From Candidatus Omnitrophota bacterium (GTDB taxonomy: Bacteria > Omnitrophota > Gorgyraeia > Zapsychrales > Fredricksoniimonadaceae): DNA of 57,731 bases. Below the pieces are notes generated by a model that saw only the letters and a program-made list of their open reading frames with translations, was not told the DNA's origin and ran no database searches. The stretch is from contig CAIUQE010000009.1 in the NCBI GenBank assembly GCA_903901225.1, positions 1-57,731 on the forward strand. The letters are read 5' to 3'. The stretch's first letter is position 1, and every line of letters starts with the position of its first letter. The translations under genes were made by a program, and so were the position numbers. This document shows positions 41,541 to 49,803 of the stretch, piece by piece.

Positions 41541-43285
41541 GCCTCTCCTTGTCCTTGCTGGCCCGTAAGCTGGTCACGATATACCATCGTCACCCCGAAC
41601 CATCCCCAGAACAGGATGGCATTGTACGGAAATTCAAGTGTGACGGAAAAATTCGCGGCTACGATCCAGTAAACAAGGCCTCCCACCAGAAGGCCTCCTA
41701 CGCTTGAACGCAGCCTTTGAAAATCACGGACCATCCTTACAACAAGGAAAAAGAATATCCCGATAAAAAACACCCCCAGTATCCCTGCGCGATAAATGAC
41801 ATGAAAGAAAGAGTTGTGGGGCGCGATCCACCCGTCGCGGCTCCATTCACTGGTAGCCCAATTAAGGATCTCCAGGGATGGTGACCGCTGCGGATGCCCG
41901 AAACCAAACCCCCACCAGGCTTTCTCCCTGATCATTTCATCCTTCATGTCTCGCCACACCAGGAGGCGGAATACAATATTGTTCTGATTCAAATCCAGCG
42001 TACGGTCAGACTGTCCTGCATCCCTGGATAACTGCATCATACCCTTAAAGCCTTCTTGCAGGCTCTTTACCGGCACAGGAACACGCGGCTCTCCAACCTG
42101 AGACGGCTTCCTCTCTGGGGTGCTGTTTACCGGCACAGGAACACGCGGTTCTCCAACCTGAGACGGCTTCCACGCTGGAGTGCTATTTACCGGCACAGGA
42201 ACACGCGGTTCTCCAACCTGAGACGACTTCCCCGTTAGGGTGCTATTTACCGGCACAGGAACACGCGGTTCTCCAACCTGAGACAACTTCCCCGTTGGGG
42301 TGCTATTTACCGGCACAGGAACACGCGACACTTCGGACTGAAGGGGCTGCCTCACGGCGATCTTCGATCCCAAGTTCGCCTTGCAACTCCATTGCCACCA
42401 CGCGCACCGATCCACAACAGGCAACGTTTCATTGGGATGAAACAAATGAACCGTCAAACTCTTCTGGATAAAAGATGTCCTGCGCACCTCGATCTGCTGA
42501 GCACACTCCCTAAATTTGCTACGCACACCATCCCATGAAATGACCGACGAAAGCTTGTTATGGTCAGCGAAGATCATCAATCCCGCGACAAAGACAACAA
42601 CCATCCCGGTGGCTATACCCAGACGCAAAATATCCCGCCTTTTGACCCAAAGGAACGCATAATAAAAGAACAGGAATAACGCCACACACACCATGGCCAG
42701 AACATGCGCCCGCGGCCCCCTGTAAAGAAATGGCAAAGAATTAACAACCAGTATCAAACAGGAGCCCCATCCAAGCCAGCGCAGCCAGGAACGACGGATA
42801 TTCAAGAGCGCCATGGCAAAGATCAGGCCGAACGTCAACCAATACCAGATGAACATACCCCGGCACAGGATAACGATCCCGGCAAAACTCCCCGCGGCCA
42901 TCAAAACATTCAGCGAAAGCCTGGCCCTGCGGTAAAAAACATAAGTGATAACACCTGTTAGCGGATAATAAAAGAGCGCGGCGTTACGGAAAGACAAAGC
43001 CCCCTCGCCGATATACCCGGTCAACGTTTTTCCGACGACCCAAAGAAAATAACTCCCCAGGAGGATCGCCATGGACTTTGAGAGCATTTCGCGGTCCTTG
43101 CTCAAAAGGATCACGAAAATAAAGAAACAGAACAAAAGCAATATCTCGCTGATAAAAAAAGGGAACGGCAGCGCAGCAATGTCAACATGAAGCTCCGCGA
43201 AAGAAGAGTAATAAATAGAACTTAGCAGACAATAAAAAGCTATCGCGCCAAGGCCCAGACGGCTCAAAAAAACATCTATTCTCAT
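41537..43285 (-). CDS. O-antigen ligase/polymerase-like membrane protein with an internal 20-aa repeat
   Basis: About 11 TM segments, FRLLVW, GFGFG, APHNSFF..IYRAG.LG (Wzy_C-like). Confidence 0.8.
   Translation of the reverse strand: MRIDVFLSRLGLGAIAFYCLLSSIYYSSFAELHVDIAALPFPFFISEILLLFCFFIFVILLSKDREMLSKSMAILLGSYFLWVVGKTLTGYIGEGALSFRNAALFYYPLTGVITYVFYRRARLSLNVLMAAGSFAGIVILCRGMFIWYWLTFGLIFAMALLNIRRSWLRWLGWGSCLILVVNSLPFLYRGPRAHVLAMVCVALFLFFYYAFLWVKRRDILRLGIATGMVVVFVAGLMIFADHNKLSSVISWDGVRSKFRECAQQIEVRRTSFIQKSLTVHLFHPNETLPVVDRCAWWQWSCKANLGSKIAVRQPLQSEVSRVPVPVNSTPTGKLSQVGEPRVPVPVNSTLTGKSSQVGEPRVPVPVNSTPAWKPSQVGEPRVPVPVNSTPERKPSQVGEPRVPVPVKSLQEGFKGMMQLSRDAGQSDRTLDLNQNNIVFRLLVWRDMKDEMIREKAWWGFGFGHPQRSPSLEILNWATSEWSRDGWIAPHNSFFHVIYRAGILGVFFIGIFFFLVVRMVRDFQRLRSSVGGLLVGGLVYWIVAANFSVTLEFPYNAILFWGWFGVTMVYRDQLTGQQGQGEA
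42066..42327. repeat. In-frame 60-bp tandem repeat (about 4.4 copies)
   Basis: Exact 60-nt period; encodes RVPVPVNSTPTGKLSQVGEP and variants. Confidence 0.97.
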
Positions 43286-43286
43286 A

Positions 43287-44219
43287 TCAACCCTGTCTCT
43301 CAGGTGTGTTTGTCCTGTACCAGGCCAGCGTATCCGCCGCGCTATCCCGCAGGGAATAACGGGGCCGCCAACCGGTCGCCTTTTTCAGTTTCGCGCAGGA
43401 TCCGACGGCAAAAGGAACGCCGGGGTCCTGCCGCAGGTCCTCACGGGCCGTGATCCCGCCCTTTACCGAAGCCCTCAGCATTTGCGCCACCACATAACGC
43501 ATGGTCACACCGCGCTGCGAACAAACATTATATACTTCCCCGGGCGCCCCCCTCCCGGCCAGCGCGCACAAGGCCGCGCAGATATCGCGAATATCCAGAA
43601 AATCCCGGACAGCCCGCAAATGGCCCACGAGCGCCTCACTCTCTGAAATGTGACGTTCAACACGAACGATCTCGCGCGCATATTTGCCGCCGGCCGTGAC
43701 TGGCGTAACACCCGGGCCCAGCATATTGAAAAGACGCGCCACGACAACATCGACCCCCAAAGACGCGAAATAAAGAGCGGTCCGTGTCTGGAGCGATTTG
43801 CACACTCCATAAAAACCTTTCACGTCGCCGGATGTTTTCTCCGTGATCAGGCCGCGCCCGGAACATTCACCGTATTCCGCCGCGGTCCCAACAGAGACCA
43901 CCCGCGGCCGATACCCTTTGATCATAAGGATCGCGCCCAACAAGACCTGCGTCGTGACAACATTCGCCCGGAACATCACCTGGGGATCGGCAAGCCTGCC
44001 GCCGGCCAGATGGAATATCCACTGCGGCCGCTGGTGCCGGAGGAATGCCGTGACCGCCGCCTGATCCAAAAGGTCCATGGCAAAGAATTCGCAGGTCGAT
44101 GCCGCCGGAAGCTTCATATCAGCCCCCAGCACACGGTCCTTCGTGCATGATGACAGATGCGCCGCCATTGCCTGGCCGATGCACCCCGACACCCCTGTGA
44201 TCAATATTTTTCTGCGCAT
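43287..44219 (-). CDS. NAD-dependent sugar epimerase/4-reductase (Rmd-like SDR)
   Basis: ITGVSGCIG, GTAAEYG, YGVCK (YxxxK), RDFLDIRD, VYNVCS. Confidence 0.85.
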   Translation of the reverse strand: MRRKILITGVSGCIGQAMAAHLSSCTKDRVLGADMKLPAASTCEFFAMDLLDQAAVTAFLRHQRPQWIFHLAGGRLADPQVMFRANVVTTQVLLGAILMIKGYRPRVVSVGTAAEYGECSGRGLITEKTSGDVKGFYGVCKSLQTRTALYFASLGVDVVVARLFNMLGPGVTPVTAGGKYAREIVRVERHISESEALVGHLRAVRDFLDIRDICAALCALAGRGAPGEVYNVCSQRGVTMRYVVAQMLRASVKGGITAREDLRQDPGVPFAVGSCAKLKKATGWRPRYSLRDSAADTLAWYRTNTPERQG

Positions 44220-44229
44220 AAGATTAACC

Positions 44230-45387
44230 TTAAACCTTGCCCGCCTGTTCATAAACCGCTTCAAGTTGCTGTATTTCACGGCCGATCGAATAACGCGCCA
44301 TGGCATCAACCCTGGCCCTGGCTCCGAGGGCTGTCCGCAACCCGCTGTCCGATGCCAGCCTTCCGATCGCCTGCGCAAACGCAACAGTATCGAACGCCGG
44401 GACGACCAGCGCGTTCTTCTCGTTCAGGGCGATCTCGCGAACCCCGGCAACATCAAAAACAACCGCAGGCTTTTGATGCACCATGGCCTCGATGAGCGCG
44501 ATCGGGCACCCTTCACGACGGGATGGCATCACAAAAATATCGATCCTGTTGAAAAAATCCGTCAGGTCACTGACCCAACCGCAAAAGACCGCGCCGTCAC
44601 GCACCCCGGACTTTGCCGCCAATGCCTTGAGCGACTGAACATCGTTATCGCTGCTCGCCAGAAGAAATGAAAGTCGCGGTGTGGCAGGCAGGGCCGCGGC
44701 CGCCGCCTCGAATAAAAGATCCATGCCCTTGTCCGGAACGAACCGCGACAAGCAGCCCACAACGACATCTCCCTCTTCAGGCCTGGGCCTCAATGCCCGG
44801 GCATCACAACATGCGATCCCCAGAGGGATCACAAGCACCTTCCGGGGATCAGCACCGGCGGCAACAACCTCCTGCCCCAATTCCATGGAAACAGCCACTG
44901 TCCGGAAAAAACTTTTTCTTATCATCCAGTTGAGAAAACGGTAACAGGCCTGCTTGAAACCGCCCACACCGTTAACCCGGTCCCAAAGAAACTTCCCCTC
45001 AACAGAAGATATCCTCACAACAGAAGACCGCCCCAGAGTCGCGGCCCATGCCAGGATATCGCTGTGCAAAAAGAACGAATGCACAATATCCGGCTTCAGT
45101 TCATGCCAGGCGCGCCTCAAGCCCATGAACGCGCCGCAAAAACAACGTGTCACATGCGGGATAACCCGGATATCCTCAGCCGCGCAACCTTCCTTGATGA
45201 AAAATACGCGAAGAGCATCTTCCTGCAACGAAGAAAAAACGATAACCGGGCGAACCCTGCTTCTGTCCAGCCCGCGATAGATCTGAGCCATATGCCGGGA
45301 CGTGCCGCCAACTTCATTGAGCGCTGTGCACAACAGGACCACGACCTTGACCGCAGGCGCTTGCTGATCAAAATGCCTGGTCATCAA
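44230..45387 (-). CDS. GT4 glycosyltransferase
   Basis: GGTSRH, FVMPSRREGCPIALIEAM. Confidence 0.9.
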   Translation of the reverse strand: MMTRHFDQQAPAVKVVVLLCTALNEVGGTSRHMAQIYRGLDRSRVRPVIVFSSLQEDALRVFFIKEGCAAEDIRVIPHVTRCFCGAFMGLRRAWHELKPDIVHSFFLHSDILAWAATLGRSSVVRISSVEGKFLWDRVNGVGGFKQACYRFLNWMIRKSFFRTVAVSMELGQEVVAAGADPRKVLVIPLGIACCDARALRPRPEEGDVVVGCLSRFVPDKGMDLLFEAAAAALPATPRLSFLLASSDNDVQSLKALAAKSGVRDGAVFCGWVSDLTDFFNRIDIFVMPSRREGCPIALIEAMVHQKPAVVFDVAGVREIALNEKNALVVPAFDTVAFAQAIGRLASDSGLRTALGARARVDAMARYSIGREIQQLEAVYEQAGKV

Positions 45388-46327
45388 AGCCCCCTTTAAA
45401 AGGGATCAAAAGCGTCTTAAACAACCGCTTAAGCCCTTTGTAAAAAGAATACGGCATACACGTAAAAAGATAAAGGACGATCTTTTTCCTGTCTTGCGGC
45501 AGTAAGCGGGCAATCCGGGCCCTCGCCGCCGGGACATTGCCTTTTTCCCAATCAACCATGGCATACTGATACGCGATAACCCTCCGGCGAAAAGCGATCT
45601 CATCAACAAAATCTTTCTCAAAGGAGGGCCAAAGGCCGGCGAACTTGGAAAGCATCTGCTCTTCCTCGAGAGGGAACAGCTCCTTCTTCATCACAGTCCA
45701 GCTTTTGGCGTGCATCCTTCTTTTGGCAAGAGCCTGTTCAACATAACCAACATCAAAATAGTAGGCGATACGCAGGAAAAAGTCCGCATCTTCGACCATG
45801 CTGAAACGCTCGTCAAACCCGCCGCCGATGCCGGCCAGGACGTCACGGCGGAATATGGTGGTTGACATCGGCATTTCATAACAGGCGAGCATGGCCCGAA
45901 AAACCCTTCCCTGCGCCACTTGGCGATGAGCGATCAGTTTTGCGGAAAAACCACGCTCCGAAAAAAAGATGGCGTCAGAATAAACCGCCCCGGTTTCGGG
46001 GCTGGCCTCAAACACGTGCAACTGGCGCTCCAGCTTGGACGGCAACCAGATGTCATCACAATCCAGGAACGCAATATACCTGCCCAGGGCTTGCGCCATC
46101 GCCAGGTTCCGCGCCTGACCCAAAGGAACGGTCTTTTCACCACGGAAATACTTCAAGCGCCCGTCATAAGACCTGGCGATATCCGCGCTGTTGTCCGTCG
46201 AGCAATTGTCAAAGAAAATGATCTCCCAGTCCGCGAACGTCTGGGCATAAACACTATCGATCGCCTCGGCCAGATATTGCGCCGAGTTGTAGCAGTTCAT
46301 GACCACACTAACCACAGGCGCCGGCAT
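45368..46327 (-). CDS. GT2 glycosyltransferase
   Basis: VSVVMNCYN, DNCSTDNS, AFLDCDDIWLPSKLERQ. Confidence 0.9.
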   Translation of the reverse strand: MPAPVVSVVMNCYNSAQYLAEAIDSVYAQTFADWEIIFFDNCSTDNSADIARSYDGRLKYFRGEKTVPLGQARNLAMAQALGRYIAFLDCDDIWLPSKLERQLHVFEASPETGAVYSDAIFFSERGFSAKLIAHRQVAQGRVFRAMLACYEMPMSTTIFRRDVLAGIGGGFDERFSMVEDADFFLRIAYYFDVGYVEQALAKRRMHAKSWTVMKKELFPLEEEQMLSKFAGLWPSFEKDFVDEIAFRRRVIAYQYAMVDWEKGNVPAARARIARLLPQDRKKIVLYLFTCMPYSFYKGLKRLFKTLLIPFKGGFDDQAF

Positions 46328-47094
46328 CACCACTTCTTCCAGCGCGCCTTGCCACTGTTCCAGATGCCTTCCAACAGCTGCTGATCGCGCAGCGTATCCA
46401 TGCACTGCCAGAAACCTTCATGCCGGAACATGGCCACCTGCCCTTTGGCCGTCAATTTCTCCATCGGACTTTCTTCAAGCTCCTCATTCATCTTCAGATG
46501 ATCAAAGATCTTCCTGTTGAAAACAAAGAACCCGGCATTCACATATTCCTCGATCTGTCGCTTTTCTTTCCAGGCACTGACACGCCCGCGTTTGTCCATG
46601 TTGACCGTGGCAAAACGGGATACCGGATGCACACCCGTGAACGTCGCGATCTTTTTATGCGCCTTGTGGTACGCCACGAGATCATTGATGTTCACGTCGG
46701 AAACACCATCTCCGTACGTGACCATGAACGTATCGCCATCCACATAGGGCTCGACCATTTTAAGGCGCCCGCCCTTGGGTGTTTCCAACCCTGTATCAAC
46801 CAGAGTGACCGTCCAATCCTCACAGTGACGGCTATGGTGCAGTGTTTTCTCTTTAGAATTCAGATGGATCGTAAAATCATTGTTCATATACTCATAATCC
46901 AGGAAAAATTGCCGGATATACTCCTGCTTATACCCCAGGCACAAAACAAATTCATTATACCCGTGGGCCGCGTAACTTTTCATGATGTGCCAGAGAATGG
47001 GGCGCCCGCCGATCTCAACCATGGGCTTGGGCTTGAACTCGGTTTCTTCGCGCAGCCGCGTACCCTTACCTCCACAGAACAAAACGATCTTCAT
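46327..47094 (-). CDS. rfbF: Glucose-1-phosphate cytidylyltransferase
   Basis: CGGKGTRLREET..KPKPMVEIG, TYGDGVSD, GFWQCMDT.RD. Confidence 0.93.
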   Translation of the reverse strand: MKIVLFCGGKGTRLREETEFKPKPMVEIGGRPILWHIMKSYAAHGYNEFVLCLGYKQEYIRQFFLDYEYMNNDFTIHLNSKEKTLHHSRHCEDWTVTLVDTGLETPKGGRLKMVEPYVDGDTFMVTYGDGVSDVNINDLVAYHKAHKKIATFTGVHPVSRFATVNMDKRGRVSAWKEKRQIEEYVNAGFFVFNRKIFDHLKMNEELEESPMEKLTAKGQVAMFRHEGFWQCMDTLRDQQLLEGIWNSGKARWKKW

Positions 47095-47105
47095 AGTCAG
47101 CCTTT

Positions 47106-47555
47106 CTAACGGTGCTTGATATCCCAATCATAAGGGATCGACGGATCACACGGGTCCTTGCGCTGTATCTCATCCGGATCATGCACGATCGACGCACAGT
47201 TGGCCACGATAGCTGTTTGGTCACCGATCCCCTTAAATCCGTTCCAGACCATGGGCGGCACAGTCACCAGAGAATAATTGTCCGGCCCCAGAAAAAACTC
47301 CATGAGCTCCCCGCGCGTCGAACTTTCTATCCTGTCATCATAAAGGACGAACTTGATATTACCCAACGGGACCGCGTAATTAAGCGTCATGCGCTGATGG
47401 ATATGCCAGGCTTTCACAGCCCCCGGATGAACGGTGGAAAAATAGATCTCACCAAACCCCCTGAAATGGGGCGCGTTAGCGCGCAGCATGTGCATGATCT
47501 TGCCGCGCTCATCACATATCTGCTTCAAAGGCGTTACGATCACACCATCGATCAT
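47106..47555 (-). CDS. RmlC-like cupin NDP-4-keto-6-deoxysugar epimerase
   Basis: DERG, KAWHIH, VPPMVWNGF; located between rfbG and rfbF. Confidence 0.85.
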   Translation of the reverse strand: MIDGVIVTPLKQICDERGKIMHMLRANAPHFRGFGEIYFSTVHPGAVKAWHIHQRMTLNYAVPLGNIKFVLYDDRIESSTRGELMEFFLGPDNYSLVTVPPMVWNGFKGIGDQTAIVANCASIVHDPDEIQRKDPCDPSIPYDWDIKHR

Positions 47556-48655
47556 AGGTCCCCCTTCCCGGCCCAACACGCCCCGTTATCCCGGGCTTTT
47601 TGAATATAGGCGTCGATCTGCGCGCAACTGAGATCGAACATATTCTTCCGTCCGGCATAATACTGCCTGTACCAGAGTGCCGTGAAGGTGACGGTCTCGC
47701 GAAATGTGAGCGCCGCGGACCAGGCCAGCATCTGTTGTGTCTTGCGCGGGGACAATTGCAGCAGCAAAGCTTCCTTCTTCTTGCCGACGGCCGGCACATG
47801 CTCCCAGCAAGCGCCTTCCCACAAAAAAACAAAAAGATCCGCCAATTGACCGACCGTCTTGCTGGCGCGCTGGCGTGGGCCAAAGTTGAACGATTCCCCG
47901 ATGATCTTCGTCTGTCCTTGCAACAAACAGGCGCCCAGCCATAAATATCCGCTCAACGGCTCAAGGACATGCTGCCATGGGCGCGTGGCCTGCGGACTGC
48001 GGATGACAGCCTTCTTTCCCTGGCTCCAGGCACGGACACAATCCGGAACGATACGATCCTTAGCCCAATCACCGCCACCGATCACATTGCCCGCGCGGGC
48101 TGTGGCCATCCGCGTTTTATCCTGATGGGCAAAAAACGACCTGTAGTAAGAACTGCAAACAATTTCGGCGCACCCTTTGGAAGCGCTGTAAGGATCTTCA
48201 CCGCCCATGCGGTCATCCTCGGCATAACCGCGCGCCGTTCCAATATTCTCGTAACATTTGTCACTGGTGATCATCACCACGGCCTCGACCGACGGCAAAT
48301 GACGAACACATTCAAGCACGTTGACTGTTCCGCCGACATTCGTATCAAAAGTATTTTTCGGGCCCTCATACGACGTCCGCACGATCGGTTGCGCCGCCAG
48401 ATGAAAGACGACCTGCGGCTTGAATACCTTAAAAACATTTTCCAGCTGCCTGTAATTTACTACATCACCCTGGTAATGACGAATCTTTTTCTTCAGCTTC
48501 AGCACATCGAACAGGCAGGGATCAGAGGGCAGATACTTGGAAAATCCCGCCACCTCAGCCCCCATCTTGACAAGCCACAATGTCAGCCAGGCCCCCTTAA
48601 ATCCGGTGTGGCCTGTCACAAGAACGCGCTTGCCTCTATACGCGTTATTAAACAT
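47552..48655 (-). CDS. rfbG: CDP-glucose 4,6-dehydratase
   Basis: VTGHTGFKGAWL, HLAAQPIV, TSDKCY, DPYSASKG, GNVIGGGDW, RPWQHVLEPLSGY. Confidence 0.95.
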   Translation of the reverse strand: MFNNAYRGKRVLVTGHTGFKGAWLTLWLVKMGAEVAGFSKYLPSDPCLFDVLKLKKKIRHYQGDVVNYRQLENVFKVFKPQVVFHLAAQPIVRTSYEGPKNTFDTNVGGTVNVLECVRHLPSVEAVVMITSDKCYENIGTARGYAEDDRMGGEDPYSASKGCAEIVCSSYYRSFFAHQDKTRMATARAGNVIGGGDWAKDRIVPDCVRAWSQGKKAVIRSPQATRPWQHVLEPLSGYLWLGACLLQGQTKIIGESFNFGPRQRASKTVGQLADLFVFLWEGACWEHVPAVGKKKEALLLQLSPRKTQQMLAWSAALTFRETVTFTALWYRQYYAGRKNMFDLSCAQIDAYIQKARDNGACWAGKGDL

Positions 48656-49778
48656 GCGCCGCCGCCTGTTTAAAGAATTTCTTTATCTCAGCGGCAATAT
48701 ATTTTTGTTCCGCGGACGTGACCGCCGGATGAAGCGGCAGGGAAAGGATCTCCTGATAAACACCTTCTGTCACGGGCAACCGCCACTTACCTTTACCAAA
48801 ATATGTCAGATAATGGTTCGGATAATAATGGATGCCTGTCTCAATCCCCTTGTCCGCCAAATATCCCTTCAGCGCGTCCCTGCGGCCTCCCTTGACCCTG
48901 ATGACGTAAATGTGCGGCAACGTATCGCTGTAATCATCTTCAAACAAAGAGACCTCTTCGACGCCATCTAAAAGATCATTGTATTTCCGGGCAAGCTTCT
49001 GGCGGGCGGGTTTGAATTCTTTTTCAAGCCTTTCCAGCTGGACCATGCCAATGGCCGCGTTGATGTTGCTCATGTGGTAACGATAGCCCTGATGAAAAAC
49101 ATCAAACTGCCAGCTCCGCTGCCCCTGATATCTTTTTTCAGTATCTTTATGCACACCCACAAGCCGCGCGTCCTTCACGCGCTCCGCCACCCCGGCATCC
49201 TGCGTAATGACCGCGCCGCCCTCACCCGCCGTGATGTTCTTGATGCCGTCAAAACTGAAACACACAATATCCCCGAAAGAACCGATCTTTTTCCCTTGAT
49301 GAATGGTCCCGAACGCATGCGCCGCGTCTTCAATGACCCTCAGGCCATGGCGCCTGGCAAAGGCGTAAATCTCATCAATATGCCCGGGCCTGCTGGCGTA
49401 ATGGACCGGCATGATCGCCCGGGTCTTCGCTGTCATTTTCTTTTTGGCATCCTTAAGGTCTATCGCGCACGTCGCGGGGACAACCTCACACGGGATCGCC
49501 CTGGCCCCCGTGGCCGTGATCGCCTGAAAGCTCCCGACAAAGGTCAGCGACTGGACAAGGACCTCGTCGCCCCGTTTGATCCCGGCGCCCATAAGCCCCA
49601 GATGAAGCGCCGCCGTACCGGAATTGACGCACATGACGTTGTTGACACCAAGATACCCGCCAAGGCGCTCCTCGAATTCCTTAACAAAGCTCCCCATACC
49701 CAGATAGCCGTCATCGATCGCCTTGCCCGCGGCTTCTTTCTCCCGTGCACCAACAACAGACTTCGATAAACGTATCAT
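48648..49778 (-). CDS. DegT/DnrJ/EryC1/StrS PLP aminotransferase
   Basis: NSGTAALHL, IEDAAHA, FSFDGIKNIT.GEGG (catalytic Lys), GIETGIHY, SLPLHP. Confidence 0.92.
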   Translation of the reverse strand: MIRLSKSVVGAREKEAAGKAIDDGYLGMGSFVKEFEERLGGYLGVNNVMCVNSGTAALHLGLMGAGIKRGDEVLVQSLTFVGSFQAITATGARAIPCEVVPATCAIDLKDAKKKMTAKTRAIMPVHYASRPGHIDEIYAFARRHGLRVIEDAAHAFGTIHQGKKIGSFGDIVCFSFDGIKNITAGEGGAVITQDAGVAERVKDARLVGVHKDTEKRYQGQRSWQFDVFHQGYRYHMSNINAAIGMVQLERLEKEFKPARQKLARKYNDLLDGVEEVSLFEDDYSDTLPHIYVIRVKGGRRDALKGYLADKGIETGIHYYPNHYLTYFGKGKWRLPVTEGVYQEILSLPLHPAVTSAEQKYIAAEIKKFFKQAAAHV

Positions 49779-49803
49779 ACGTAAATTCCCCAACCGCTTT
49801 ATA

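Noticed and set aside
42066-42327. CRISPR array (39-nt conserved core plus 21-nt variable part)
   Set aside because: The period is exactly 60 nt and in frame inside a gene, and the variable parts are homologous to each other.
48648-49778. E1 dehydrase (DdhC/RfbH) for 3,6-dideoxysugars
   Set aside because: Active-site Lys rather than His, no Fe-S motif and no E3 reductase.
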